The notes under the pieces were generated by a model. That model ran no database searches. It was not told where the DNA came from and saw nothing but the letters and a program-made list of their open reading frames with translations. Shown in pieces: positions 9,125-19,215 of a DNA stretch of 64,000 nucleotides (position 1 is its first letter; every line of letters begins with the position of its first letter). A program made the position numbers and the translations under genes. The DNA comes from Treponema sp. (GTDB taxonomy: Bacteria; Spirochaetota; Spirochaetia; Treponematales; Treponemataceae): assembly GCA_024690865.1 (NCBI GenBank), contig JAILON010000012.1, forward strand, positions 5,478-69,477. The letters run 5' to 3'.

Positions 9125-10264
9125 ATGATTTCATTTAATGTTCCTCCGTACGTCGGCAGCGAAGAAAAATATATCGCACAAGCAATTGCCAGCCACAAGA
9201 TTTGTGGCGACGGCGAGTTCACGAAAAAATGCTCCGAATGGATGGAACAGCGGTTCCAGGCAAAGAAGGTCCTCCTCACGACCAGCTGCACTTCCGCACT
9301 GGAGATGGCGGCCCTGCTGTGCGGGGTTCAGCCCGGCGATGAGGTAATCATGCCAAGCTTCACGTTCTGCTCCACTGCCGATGCCTTCGTCCAGCGTGGG
9401 GCCAAGATTGTGTTTGTTGACGTGCGGCCCGACACGATGAACATTGATGAAACGCGTATAGAGGCTGCCATTACCGAGCGGACCAAGGCGATATGCGTCG
9501 TCCACTATGCCGGCATTGCCTGCGAGATGGACACGATTATGGACATTGCCCGCCGCCACAAGCTCAAGGTCGTGGAGGACGCCGCCCAAGGCGTGATGGC
9601 GTCATACAAGGGCAGGCCCCTGGGTACGATCGGGGACTACGGCTGCTGGTCTTTCCACGAAACCAAGAACTTCAGCATGGGCGAAGGCGGGGCCATCGTC
9701 ATAAACACCGGTATGGACGATGTTGAAAAGGCTGAAGTCATCCGCGAAAAAGGCACCAACCGTTCCAAGTTCTGGCGGGGCCAGATAGACAAGTACACCT
9801 GGGTGGACTACGGTTCCAGTTACCTGCCCAGCGAGCTGAACGCGGCCTACCTGTGGGCGCAGCTTGAAGTTGCAGACAAGATAAACGAGGACAGGCTTTC
9901 CTCGTGGAAACGCTACCGCATGTCGTTGCAGCCTTTGGTGGACTGTGGAAGGATAGAAATTCCTTTTGTGCCGGAAGCCTGTGAGCACAATGCGCACATG
10001 TTCTATATAAAGTGCAGGAACCTGGAGGAACGCACTGCTTTCATCGCATACATGAAGGAGCATGGCTTTTGCTGCGTGTTCCACTACATTCCGCTCCATT
10101 CTTCCCCAGCGGGGCTGAAGTTTGGACGGTTCGACGGCGAGGACAAGTTTACTACAAAGGAAAGCGACAGGCTCGTGAGGCTCCCCCTCTACTACGGCAT
10201 GGGAGGGGATGTTGTTGATTCGGTGGTTGGGGCCGTGAAGGGCTTTTTTGAGGGGGAGGAATGA
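9125..10264 (+). CDS. rffA: dTDP-4-amino-4,6-dideoxygalactose transaminase
   Basis: MISFNVPP, GDGEFT, SCTSALEMAA, SFHETKN and IREKGTNRSKF..GQIDKYTW motifs. Confidence 0.93.
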   Translation: MISFNVPPYVGSEEKYIAQAIASHKICGDGEFTKKCSEWMEQRFQAKKVLLTTSCTSALEMAALLCGVQPGDEVIMPSFTFCSTADAFVQRGAKIVFVDVRPDTMNIDETRIEAAITERTKAICVVHYAGIACEMDTIMDIARRHKLKVVEDAAQGVMASYKGRPLGTIGDYGCWSFHETKNFSMGEGGAIVINTGMDDVEKAEVIREKGTNRSKFWRGQIDKYTWVDYGSSYLPSELNAAYLWAQLEVADKINEDRLSSWKRYRMSLQPLVDCGRIEIPFVPEACEHNAHMFYIKCRNLEERTAFIAYMKEHGFCCVFHYIPLHSSPAGLKFGRFDGEDKFTTKESDRLVRLPLYYGMGGDVVDSVVGAVKGFFEGEE

Positions 10265-12132
10265 CCGGCAATCTGGCAGGTTCGTCTGGTCCGTCTAGTC
10301 AGTCTGGAAGGCTTTCGCGGGCGTTGCGCCTGGACGTCCCCGAACTTGCTTCCGTGGCCGTCTGTGCGCTTGCGGCGGCAGCCATGTTCGTCCGCCTGTT
10401 GTACGGGACGGAACTGACCGACGAAGCCTATTATGTTTCCGATGCCCTGTCGGCCATGCATGGGAACTTCTATTATGCCTACAACAATGCCGTGGGGACC
10501 GGTTGCGGCCTGCTCATGATTCCCTTCCTCTTCGTGTATGAACTGCTTGTTCCCAGTGGCGAGGGGATATTCCTGTATTCGCGCATCTGCTACCTCGCCT
10601 TCTGGTGCGCGGTGATGCTGATTGGCTGCCGCATACTGATGAAGGATTTCAAGAAGACCCACGCGCTGCTCGTGACCGCATTCATGATTGCGTTTGCGGG
10701 GGGAATAGGCATATACAACTTCAGCTACAATACCGTTCCCTGCGCCTTGTCGTATATCAGCGGGCTTGTCATCTACGATGCCCTGGAACACGGGGGCAGA
10801 TTCGCCCGCTTGAGGCTGGCCCTGGCCGGATTCATGATGGGAATTGCCCTGGTGGGGCATATCGGGTCCGGGATAATCATCGTGACCTTTGTCCTCGTCA
10901 TTGTGGCGCGGAGCCGTGGCGGCAGGGCCGTTCTGGTGAACCTTTCGTGCTGCCTTGCGGGGGGGCTTGTCCAGCTGCTCGTTGTGGCTGTCCCCATAAT
11001 CGTTCGGACGGGCTTGCCGACCTTTCTGGCCGGGCTTGACAACCTGGCCCATCCCTATCCCGAGCAGAATTTAACCCACGATACGGTCTGGGACAGGCTT
11101 TCAGTGATACTGAGGCTTTACTGCATAATAGTGCCTTTTGCCGTTGCGGCGTTTGCAGCCGTGTATTTCCTTTCAAAGAAATTCCTCCATGAGGGCGGCC
11201 TTAACGGCGGACGCGAGGGCTGGAAGCCGCTGTCCAAAAGGGCCTGTGCCCTCCTTGCGGCGTTTGTGGCCATGGGACTTCCTGCCGCCTACTGCTGTTT
11301 TTTGCAGCTGTGGCAGCATTCCCCCAGGGCTGGCATGGACTGGGGCTTCCTTGCGGGGCTGGCGATGCCCTTCCTCCTCTGCATGAAGGAGGGCAGGAAA
11401 TACCCCCTCGTCTTTTACCTGGGCCTGTATCCATTGGCGTTTGCCTTTGGGGAAATGATACTTACCGAAAGCAATGCCTCCATAGCCAGGCTTCCCCATG
11501 CCGCGCCCGCATTTGCAGTGTACCTGCTCGTCATGCTGGGCGAGGAAGGGAATCTTTTGCGGAGGCTGGCGGTGCCGTTCGTCATCTGCTGCACCGTCAC
11601 GACTGTCGTAAGCAACTACAGGTTCTGTTTCCACGATGGCAACCTGTCCCAGCTGGACAGCAGGGTGGAGTCGGGGGTATACAAAGGAATCTATACGACC
11701 GCTGCCCGTGCCAATGACCTGCCGGAGATGGAGGAATATCTGGACAAGCTGATTGCCGACGGGGAGCCGTTCGCGTTCCGCGACAACGTGCCCGGCGGCT
11801 ACCTCATGGCGCGGAAGGGCGTGATGTGCGACAGGGCGACCTGGGACCGGATGCAGTACAGCTATGGGGTGAATGCCCCTGACAACCTGTACGCTTACTA
11901 CCAGAGGAAAGGAAAGATACCGCAGAAATATATCTACGTGGATTTCGGGATAGACGAGCTGCTGTCCATAGAGAAGGACGGCTATCTGTTCAACGAGTTC
12001 GTGAACAGCTATTACAAGAAGACGGCTGACTTTGCCATGAACGAAACTTTCCGCCGGGTAATTGTCTATGAGTATGCGGGCGGATTTGACGGCGACTTTG
12101 ACCGTTGGATAGACAGGCACATGCTGAGGTAG
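10261..12132 (+). CDS. polytopic membrane protein, probable GT-C glycosyltransferase
   Basis: TDEAYY acidic motif after the first TM helix, many TM segments, soluble C-terminal domain, and cluster context. Confidence 0.7.
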   Translation: MTGNLAGSSGPSSQSGRLSRALRLDVPELASVAVCALAAAAMFVRLLYGTELTDEAYYVSDALSAMHGNFYYAYNNAVGTGCGLLMIPFLFVYELLVPSGEGIFLYSRICYLAFWCAVMLIGCRILMKDFKKTHALLVTAFMIAFAGGIGIYNFSYNTVPCALSYISGLVIYDALEHGGRFARLRLALAGFMMGIALVGHIGSGIIIVTFVLVIVARSRGGRAVLVNLSCCLAGGLVQLLVVAVPIIVRTGLPTFLAGLDNLAHPYPEQNLTHDTVWDRLSVILRLYCIIVPFAVAAFAAVYFLSKKFLHEGGLNGGREGWKPLSKRACALLAAFVAMGLPAAYCCFLQLWQHSPRAGMDWGFLAGLAMPFLLCMKEGRKYPLVFYLGLYPLAFAFGEMILTESNASIARLPHAAPAFAVYLLVMLGEEGNLLRRLAVPFVICCTVTTVVSNYRFCFHDGNLSQLDSRVESGVYKGIYTTAARANDLPEMEEYLDKLIADGEPFAFRDNVPGGYLMARKGVMCDRATWDRMQYSYGVNAPDNLYAYYQRKGKIPQKYIYVDFGIDELLSIEKDGYLFNEFVNSYYKKTADFAMNETFRRVIVYEYAGGFDGDFDRWIDRHMLR

Positions 12133-12143
12133 GGGCGGAGACT

Positions 12144-12695
12144 GTGGTTTACGACGGAGTGATACGCGGACATTTTGTCAGCCTTCGCAGCATAACGCTT
12201 GATGATGCGGAATTCTCTTTTGAGCTCAGGCGGGATCCCCGTTTTGTCAGCATAATGGGGCAGGCTGCCGCGACGCTTGAGGACCAGAAACGCTTTATTG
12301 AATGGCAGATGAATCAGCCTGGCGACTATTATTTTGTCGTGCTCAACCGGGCTGGCGGGCGCATAGGACTGATCGGGGCATATAACACCGACGGTGATTC
12401 CTGTGAGACCGGAAGGGAAATAAACGTCGGAGGCCCGCATGAGTCAATGGAAGCGGAGCTTTTGTTGTGTGATTTTTGTATAGATGTCATGCGGATGAAG
12501 ACAAAAGTCGGCGTCATATACAAGCACAACAAAAAGCAAATTGCCCTGCAAAAACGACTCGGGCTTGAGCCTGTGGCTGAAATAGTCCGGAGCGGTATAG
12601 CCGCCTATGAATACCGGGTGGATTTTTTGATGCTGCGGGAGAAGTACGGGCGCGCAAGAAAGATGATAGAGAAGCTTGCGGAAAAGGAACTGTAG
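12144..12695 (+). CDS. GNAT (RimJ/PseH-like) N-acyltransferase
   Basis: VSLRSITLDDAE...YYFVV...IGLIG...N..IALQKRLG. GTG start with GGAG upstream. Confidence 0.8.
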   Translation: MVYDGVIRGHFVSLRSITLDDAEFSFELRRDPRFVSIMGQAAATLEDQKRFIEWQMNQPGDYYFVVLNRAGGRIGLIGAYNTDGDSCETGREINVGGPHESMEAELLLCDFCIDVMRMKTKVGVIYKHNKKQIALQKRLGLEPVAEIVRSGIAAYEYRVDFLMLREKYGRARKMIEKLAEKEL

Positions 12696-12698
12696 GAT

Positions 12699-13457
12699 AT
12701 GGCGTTTACCCCCCTCGATTTGTCAGACAGGAAAATCCTTGTTACCGGTGCTTCCAGCGGAATTGGCCGGGCTGCGGCAGTCTATGTTTCCAAGCTCGGA
12801 GCGAAAGTCGTGCTTACGGGGCGTAATGAGGAGAGGCTGCAGGAGACCTTGTGCCAGCTGGAGGGCAAGGGCCATTACGTCGTCGCATTTGACCTGACGA
12901 ATCTGGATGACATGGCACCGCTTTTTGAGGCTGCGGTGAAGGACGGCGTAAAGCTGAACGGCATGGTTCATTCGGCAGGCATCCCGTATGTGCTTCCCCT
13001 TCGCAGCCTTACGCCTGCTGCGATGAAGGATTGTTTTGCGAGCGATTATTTTTGCTTCGTGGAGCTTGTCCGCCAGTATGCCAAGGCCAAGTACAGTGAC
13101 GGGGGAAGCATAGTCGCAATCTCTTCCGTCAGCTCAGTGAAGCCTGTTGCCGGGGAGCTGGGCTATTGCACGGCAAAGGCGGCTTTGAACAGTGCGGTCG
13201 CGTGCATGGCTCTGGAGCTTTCTAAGAAGCATATCCGGGTAAACGGAGTTCTTGCGGGCAACATATTGACTGAGATGGCTGAGCGGACGCTCGCGCAGTA
13301 CGGGAACAGGGAGCTGAAGGACAACGAGGTCAAGCAGTCCATGATCGGGCGCTGGGGAAAGCCCGATGACATAGCCGCCGCATGTGCGTTCCTGCTGAGC
13401 GATATGTCCGCTTTTACGACGGCAAGCCTTCTGGATTGTACGGGAGGCGCGCGGTAG
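12699..13457 (+). CDS. SDR family oxidoreductase (FabG-like)
   Basis: [12 protein letters not shown] and YCTAK motifs. Confidence 0.92.
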   Translation: MAFTPLDLSDRKILVTGASSGIGRAAAVYVSKLGAKVVLTGRNEERLQETLCQLEGKGHYVVAFDLTNLDDMAPLFEAAVKDGVKLNGMVHSAGIPYVLPLRSLTPAAMKDCFASDYFCFVELVRQYAKAKYSDGGSIVAISSVSSVKPVAGELGYCTAKAALNSAVACMALELSKKHIRVNGVLAGNILTEMAERTLAQYGNRELKDNEVKQSMIGRWGKPDDIAAACAFLLSDMSAFTTASLLDCTGGAR

Positions 13458-13459
13458 AT

Positions 13460-14320
13460 ATGTGCCTGTTTACGGCCGGAAACGGGCAGGAGCTGACTTA
13501 CGGTGATTTCCTGACCGCGCTTAGAGAGATAGGAGCCTCTGACTGCAGGACCCTTTTTGTCCACAGCGACATACAGTTCGGGCAGATGAACCCTGTGTAC
13601 AAGCGGCGGGAATTCATGGAGAGCTTGCTGCGCCTCTTTGATGATTTGAAAGTTGAGAATATCATTATGCCTGCGTTCACGTACTCCTTCAATAATGAAA
13701 AGGAGTTTGACGTCCGCACAAGCCGTTCCCTTATGGGAGCGCTTTCTGAAAGCTTCAGGAAACAGGAGGGCATTTACAGGACCCTTGACCCGATGTGCAG
13801 TTTTGCCGTAAAGGGCAGGCTTGCGGATGAGTTCAGGGCATACACGCCTGAGCATAATTCTCTGGGTCCGGGCTCCTGCTACGATTTTCTTAACAAGCAG
13901 GACGGCGTGAAATACCTTTTCTTTGGTGCTGATTTGGCGGAGTCCTTCACCTATGTGCATCATGTGGAGCGCATGATCGATGTTCCCTACAGGTTTGACA
14001 AGACATTTGCGGGCCGCATGACAGGTTATGACGGGAACACATATACGACAGACTGGACAATCAGCAGTCAGTGCGGCGGCGTTGCTTTGTATGACAAAAA
14101 CGAGCATTTCAAGAAACAGCTGGTTGAAGAGGGCAAGCTTCGCCTGACTGCGTTCGGTGACAGGGAGCTTTCCTGCATATCGCAGGAAGACGCATGGAAG
14201 GCAGTTGAAGAGAATATTGCCAGGGACAAATTTTACTTCCTTGCGAGGCCCTATACAGAGGCAGATTTGACGCATGAATATGTTATGAAGCAGGACGGAA
14301 AGCCTGTGACTCATTGCTAG
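13460..14320 (+). CDS. AAC(3)/YokD family N-acyltransferase
   Basis: LFVHSD, IMPAFTY, MGALSE.FR, R...P..SFA.G and T..HH.E motifs. Confidence 0.85.
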   Translation: MCLFTAGNGQELTYGDFLTALREIGASDCRTLFVHSDIQFGQMNPVYKRREFMESLLRLFDDLKVENIIMPAFTYSFNNEKEFDVRTSRSLMGALSESFRKQEGIYRTLDPMCSFAVKGRLADEFRAYTPEHNSLGPGSCYDFLNKQDGVKYLFFGADLAESFTYVHHVERMIDVPYRFDKTFAGRMTGYDGNTYTTDWTISSQCGGVALYDKNEHFKKQLVEEGKLRLTAFGDRELSCISQEDAWKAVEENIARDKFYFLARPYTEADLTHEYVMKQDGKPVTHC

Positions 14321-14361
14321 CGTTGCTTGAATATTTTGGCTGATATTATTTTACGGAGGAT

Positions 14362-14586
14362 ATGATGACAGACGAAGAGAAGATAGAGCTTCTGGCGGAA
14401 GACGTGTTTGACGTTGATGTTGCGGATGTGACTTCCGCAACGGTTCTTGAAGATGCTGATTTCTGGGACTCAATGTCAAAGCTTGCCTTGGTTTCGGTTT
14501 TTGATGAGAAATTCGGGAAAACTCTCAAGGGTGATCAGGTGAAGGCATTTGTCACGGTGCAGGACATCATGAATGCGATGAGCTGA
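14362..14586 (+). CDS. acyl carrier protein
   Basis: 74 aa, acidic, WDSMSKL phosphopantetheine motif, TVQDI. Confidence 0.9.
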   Translation: MMTDEEKIELLAEDVFDVDVADVTSATVLEDADFWDSMSKLALVSVFDEKFGKTLKGDQVKAFVTVQDIMNAMS

Positions 14587-14611
14587 CAGGACCGTCACAG
14601 GAGTTTTGTTT

Positions 14612-16150
14612 ATGCGATACAATTTTTACAATGAATTTGCAGATACCGTAAGGAATAACCCTCAGAAAACAGCCGTGTACGACGGAGACGTTTCCGTTAC
14701 TTTTTCCCAGCTGCATGAGAGGGAACTGAAGATTGCCTCTTGCATCGATTGTGCGGTTGCCGGCAAGACAAAGACTCCTGTGGGCGTGCTCCTGCCTAAG
14801 TGCGCGGATTCTGTTGCCGCGGACATAGGCATTATACACACCGGCAATTTTTACATGAATCTTGACGTGAAGTATCCGGAAGAGCGGCTGGGGAATATCT
14901 TTAAGGTCATTCAGCCGTCCTGCATTGTCACGTCAAGCAAGTATAAGCCCCTTGTGGAGCGCATAGACGCTTCCATGCCGCTTATTGTAGTTGATGAACT
15001 TGTAGATTCCAATATTGAAAATAGCTTTAAAAGAGAGCTTATGCATCGTTTGGAATTGATGATTGATACTGATTTGCTTTGTATCATCAATACATCTGGT
15101 TCAACAGGAACTCCGAAAAGTGTGGCACTTACACATCGAGGTTTCTTTGATTATGTTCGTTGTACATCTGAAACATGGAATCTTACAAATGATGAGATTA
15201 TCGGTTCGATGGCACCGATAGGCTTTGATCATTTTAGCTTTGAACTTTGCATGCTTATGGCAAAAGCGGCCACATTGGTTGTTATTCCAGATCATTTCAA
15301 TATGTTCCCAGTAAAAATACTTAATTTGATGAATGAGCATAAAGTTACGTTCATCTTCTGGGTTCCTACAATCATGGTCAATATTGCAAATATGGACTTG
15401 CTCGAAAAAATTCCAATGCCAACAATTAAACATATTTGGTTTGCAGGTGAGGTTTTCCCGACTAATAAATTCAATGTCTGGTATAGAGCTTTCCCGAAAA
15501 CAGTCCAGTTTGTAAATCTTTATGGACCTTGTGAGATTACTGTTGACTGTACTTGGTTTGAATGTACTCATGTGATGGATGAAGCAAAACCTATGCCTAT
15601 CGGGCATGCCTGCAGAAATATGAATGTAATGATTCTTAATGAAAACAACGAACTGGTAGGAAAAAATGAAGAGGGCGAAATCTGCGTGCGGGGGACGGGC
15701 CTTGCGATGGGCTATTACAACAACCCCGAGAAAACTGCCGCCGCATTCGTGCAGAATCCCCTGAACCATTCTTATCCTGAGCTGATTTACCGGACCGGAG
15801 ACATCGGCCTCGTCAATGATGACGGCGAGATTATCTTCAAGGGTCGCAGGGATACGCTCATAAAACATTCCGGCTACCGGATCGAGCTTTCTGAAATAGA
15901 GCATATCATCATGAACAAGCTCAAGCTCGTGAGGAACTGCTGCGTCGTTTACAACTGGGGCAAAAAAGAAATCACGCTTGTTTACGAGAATGACAGCGAG
16001 ATCGATGTGGCGGCCTTCCGCAGGCAGATTGCCGCGGAGCTGCCGAAGTACATGATTCCGACCGCATATATCTATATGAAAGAATTGCCCCGTGGCGGCA
16101 CAGGCAAGATAGACCGTGCTTTGCTGAACAAGCAGGTGAACGAAGGTTGA
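14612..16150 (+). CDS. stand-alone amino acid adenylation enzyme (DltA-like)
   Basis: TSGSTGTPK, NLYGPCE, GEICVRG, YRTGD, GRRD..IK..GYRIEL and GKIDR motifs. Confidence 0.93.
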   Translation: MRYNFYNEFADTVRNNPQKTAVYDGDVSVTFSQLHERELKIASCIDCAVAGKTKTPVGVLLPKCADSVAADIGIIHTGNFYMNLDVKYPEERLGNIFKVIQPSCIVTSSKYKPLVERIDASMPLIVVDELVDSNIENSFKRELMHRLELMIDTDLLCIINTSGSTGTPKSVALTHRGFFDYVRCTSETWNLTNDEIIGSMAPIGFDHFSFELCMLMAKAATLVVIPDHFNMFPVKILNLMNEHKVTFIFWVPTIMVNIANMDLLEKIPMPTIKHIWFAGEVFPTNKFNVWYRAFPKTVQFVNLYGPCEITVDCTWFECTHVMDEAKPMPIGHACRNMNVMILNENNELVGKNEEGEICVRGTGLAMGYYNNPEKTAAAFVQNPLNHSYPELIYRTGDIGLVNDDGEIIFKGRRDTLIKHSGYRIELSEIEHIIMNKLKLVRNCCVVYNWGKKEITLVYENDSEIDVAAFRRQIAAELPKYMIPTAYIYMKELPRGGTGKIDRALLNKQVNEG

Positions 16151-16151
16151 G

Positions 16152-16964
16152 ATGCGCTGCATAAACAGTTGGGACGAGCTTTTGGATACAGCGGGCAGCC
16201 TGCGCAACAAAGGACTTGCGCTGACGAACTTCTATCCGAACGAGCCTGAGATGACCGAGTGGATAGAAAAGAAGGCGTTCTTTTTCCTGGAGCTTGACAG
16301 CCATTCATCCTGCTTCGTGCATAAGACGGAAGACGCGTCCTTTTTGTTTTTCTGTCTGGAGGACATGGCTTTTCTTTCTGGGGCCCTGCGTCTGGTCCGG
16401 GAATGTTTCCCGGAAGGGACGCTTGCTTTTGATTGGATTTGCAGGACTGATGAAGAGTCCGAGCTGCTGGAATCACAATCTGCGTCTGGAGGATTCAGCT
16501 TGCGCACGTCGCTTCGGCGTATGTCCCGGCTTCTGAAGGAGAACGCGTTTGCGGACGTTCCCGGAATCGTCCTTGCGGACGAGCAGGATGCAGGAGCCTT
16601 GCAAGCCATGTTCCGTGCGGCTTTTGACCCGCTTTCAGAGAGAATCCCGTCAAAAGAACAGCTGCTGCGCTATATCAGGGCAAAGAGCGTCCTTGTAAAA
16701 AGGACGGAAGGCGGTGAGCTTGCGGGTTTTGCGGTCGTTGACGTGCAGAAGAAGACGATGCATCTGAAACACCTGCTGACTGCCTCGGGCTTCAGGCGGC
16801 AGGGTGTAGCAGGCTCTCTGCTGGGCAAGGCATTCTTCATGTCAAAGGAATGCATCAGGTATATACTGTGGGTGATTGCGGACAATCTGCCTGCAATCAG
16901 TTTGTATGAGAAATTCGGCTATCAGTTTGAGGCCTTGCGAAATTATACGTATGTCTCAGGTTAA
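16152..16964 (+). CDS. GNAT family acetyltransferase
   Basis: FRRQGVAGSLL and N.PAISLYEKFGY motifs. Confidence 0.87.
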   Translation: MRCINSWDELLDTAGSLRNKGLALTNFYPNEPEMTEWIEKKAFFFLELDSHSSCFVHKTEDASFLFFCLEDMAFLSGALRLVRECFPEGTLAFDWICRTDEESELLESQSASGGFSLRTSLRRMSRLLKENAFADVPGIVLADEQDAGALQAMFRAAFDPLSERIPSKEQLLRYIRAKSVLVKRTEGGELAGFAVVDVQKKTMHLKHLLTASGFRRQGVAGSLLGKAFFMSKECIRYILWVIADNLPAISLYEKFGYQFEALRNYTYVSG

Positions 16965-16976
16965 AGGGAGTTTGCT

Positions 16977-17207
16977 ATGACTGACAAAATTCTTGCGATA
17001 TTGAAGGATATCCGCCCCGAGTTTGATTTCAACGGGGTTGACGATTTTTTTGAGGAAGGGATGCTTGACAGCTTTGACCTTGTGACCTTGGTCTCGGAGC
17101 TGGACAAGGCGTTCAATATCCATATTGACGGCATGGATATTGTGCCGGAAAACTTTATGAATGTTGATGCCATCGCGAAGCTCCTGAAAAAAAATGGTGC
17201 GGACTGA
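16977..17207 (+). CDS. acyl/aminoacyl carrier protein (DltC-like)
   Basis: GMLDSFDLV motif and PENF. Confidence 0.92.
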   Translation: MTDKILAILKDIRPEFDFNGVDDFFEEGMLDSFDLVTLVSELDKAFNIHIDGMDIVPENFMNVDAIAKLLKKNGAD

Positions 17208-17209
17208 CG

Positions 17210-18280
17210 ATGTATTTTTCTTTTAAGGACAAAAAAATCTCCGGCATTGCGCTCATTGTCCCTGAGAACGAGAGGTCTTTTGTGGACGACATGAAGCTGT
17301 TCAATGCGGATGAGCGGAGGTCTACCCGGCTTGCAAAAGTCATGGGCTATGACAAGCACCGCATAGCTCCCGATGATGTTGCCGCAAGCGACATGGTGGA
17401 ATTCGGCTTCAAGCGCCTCTTTGAGACAGGCGACCTGAAAAAGGACGAGATAGACGCGCTGATATATGTCACGGCTTCCCCGGACCATTTCCTTCCGCCC
17501 ACGAGCAGGATCCTGCACGGAAAGCTGGGGCTCAGGCAGGATATATATTGCTTGGACATAACGCAAGGATGCTGCGCGTTTGAGGACGGCTTGATACAGT
17601 CCTTTATGCTTCTTGACCAGCCGGCTGTGAACAAGGTCGCGCTCGTTACGACCGATGTACTGAGCCACAAAGTTTCTCCAAAAGACAGGAACAGTTATCC
17701 TCTTATCGGTGATGCGGCTTCCATTACAGTCGTGGAGAAAACGGATGTTGGGAACAGCATTCAGGCCGTCATAAAAAATGACGGTACCCGTGCTATGGCA
17801 TTGCAGATTCCTGCGGGGGGATTCAGGATGCCCTGCTCTGCGGAGACGGCCGTGCTGCATGCCGATGATGAAGGAAACGAGCGGTCCTTGGACAACCTCG
17901 TCATGGACGGGACCGCAGTGTTCAACTTCGTCATGCAGGATGTTCCGCCCATGCTCTTTGATTTGTTCGGGCGCGCACATCTGACGAAGGACGATTTTGA
18001 CTGGTTCCTGTTCCATCAGCCCAATCGCTTTATGTTGCAGAAGCTTGCGGAAAAGCTTGAGGTTCCGTATGAAAAAATGCCTTCGAATGTCGTGGAAAAA
18101 TACGGCAACAGTTCCGGCACTACAGTTCCGGCTGTTACCGTGCTTACTTTTGAAGGGAAAGATATGCCTGCAAAGCAGAAGGTATGCTTCAGCGGTTTTG
18201 GAGTTGGACTTACCTGGGCCGCGGTGATAATGGATTTGTATCCCCTTGAATTTTGCAAAACGTTGGTAATGGAGGAGTAA
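17210..18280 (+). CDS. ketoacyl-ACP synthase III family protein
   Basis: Catalytic triad motifs QGC, FHQPN and YGNS, plus GFGVGLTW. Confidence 0.92.
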   Translation: MYFSFKDKKISGIALIVPENERSFVDDMKLFNADERRSTRLAKVMGYDKHRIAPDDVAASDMVEFGFKRLFETGDLKKDEIDALIYVTASPDHFLPPTSRILHGKLGLRQDIYCLDITQGCCAFEDGLIQSFMLLDQPAVNKVALVTTDVLSHKVSPKDRNSYPLIGDAASITVVEKTDVGNSIQAVIKNDGTRAMALQIPAGGFRMPCSAETAVLHADDEGNERSLDNLVMDGTAVFNFVMQDVPPMLFDLFGRAHLTKDDFDWFLFHQPNRFMLQKLAEKLEVPYEKMPSNVVEKYGNSSGTTVPAVTVLTFEGKDMPAKQKVCFSGFGVGLTWAAVIMDLYPLEFCKTLVMEE

Positions 18281-18291
18281 AAAGTCGTAAG

Positions 18292-19215
18292 ATGGAAAAG
18301 AAGCTTTCTTTCGTCATTCCATGCTACGGTTCGGAAAAGACGGTCGCCCATGTAGTCGAAGGAATCGTGCAGACCGTTGCTGACAAGAATCCCTACGAAA
18401 TAATATGCGTGAACGACTGTTCCCCGGACGGGGTATATTCCGTGCTTGAAGGGCTTGCGGCCGGAAACAAGTGCCTCAAGCTGGTGAACCTGGCCCGCAA
18501 CTTCGGGCAGCATGCGGCCATAATGGCAGGCTATCATTATGTGACCGGCGACATAGTGATAAACCTGGACGATGACGGGCAGACCGACCCCAGGGACTGC
18601 TACAAGCTTATCGATGCCCTTGATGAGAAATCGGACATAGTGTATGCGAAGTACCCTTCCAAAAAGGAAAGCCCCTTCCGCCTCTTTGGTTCGTGGACCG
18701 CGAAGAAGATGAGCCAGTGGCTGTGCTCCATACCCAAGGACATAGACCTGAACAGCTATTTTGCCTGCAAGCGTTTTGTCGTTGACGAGGTGGTGCGCTA
18801 TGAGAACGCATACCCCTACCTTGCCGGCCTTCAGATGCGGGCAACCAGGCAGCTGAAGAATGTGGACGTGCCCCATCATGAACGGGAATACGGCAAGTCA
18901 GGCTATTCGCTGGGCAAGCTTGTTTCCCTGTGGATGAACGGCTTCACGGCTTTTTCCGTGAAGCCCCTCCGCATAGCGACGTTCATAGGGGCCATGACCG
19001 CCTCGCTTGGCTTTTTGTATGCGGTCTACACTGCCATAAAAAAGCTGCTCAACCCGGAAGTGCTGATCGGATACAGCTCAATGATGTGCGTCCTGCTTTT
19101 CATAGGCGGGATGATCATGCTCATGCTGGGCCTCATAGGGGAGTATATAGGCCGCATTTACATCTGCCTGAACAAGAGCCCGCAGTACGTGGTCAGGAAT
19201 ACCGTGAATATATGA
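18292..19215 (+). CDS. GT2 polyprenol-phosphate glycosyltransferase (GtrB/ArnC-like)
   Basis: VIPCY, VNDCSPD, RNFGQH, LDDDGQ and two C-terminal TM helices. Confidence 0.92.
   Translation: MEKKLSFVIPCYGSEKTVAHVVEGIVQTVADKNPYEIICVNDCSPDGVYSVLEGLAAGNKCLKLVNLARNFGQHAAIMAGYHYVTGDIVINLDDDGQTDPRDCYKLIDALDEKSDIVYAKYPSKKESPFRLFGSWTAKKMSQWLCSIPKDIDLNSYFACKRFVVDEVVRYENAYPYLAGLQMRATRQLKNVDVPHHEREYGKSGYSLGKLVSLWMNGFTAFSVKPLRIATFIGAMTASLGFLYAVYTAIKKLLNPEVLIGYSSMMCVLLFIGGMIMLMLGLIGEYIGRIYICLNKSPQYVVRNTVNI

Noticed and set aside
13460-14320. AAC(3) homolog as an aminoglycoside-resistance gene
   Set aside because: It is embedded among ACP and acyl-biosynthesis genes, so a biosynthetic acyltransferase role is more parsimonious.
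18930-19211. N-terminal extension of MnmE
   Set aside because: It overlaps the GT2 gene out of frame; homology begins at ATG 19212.
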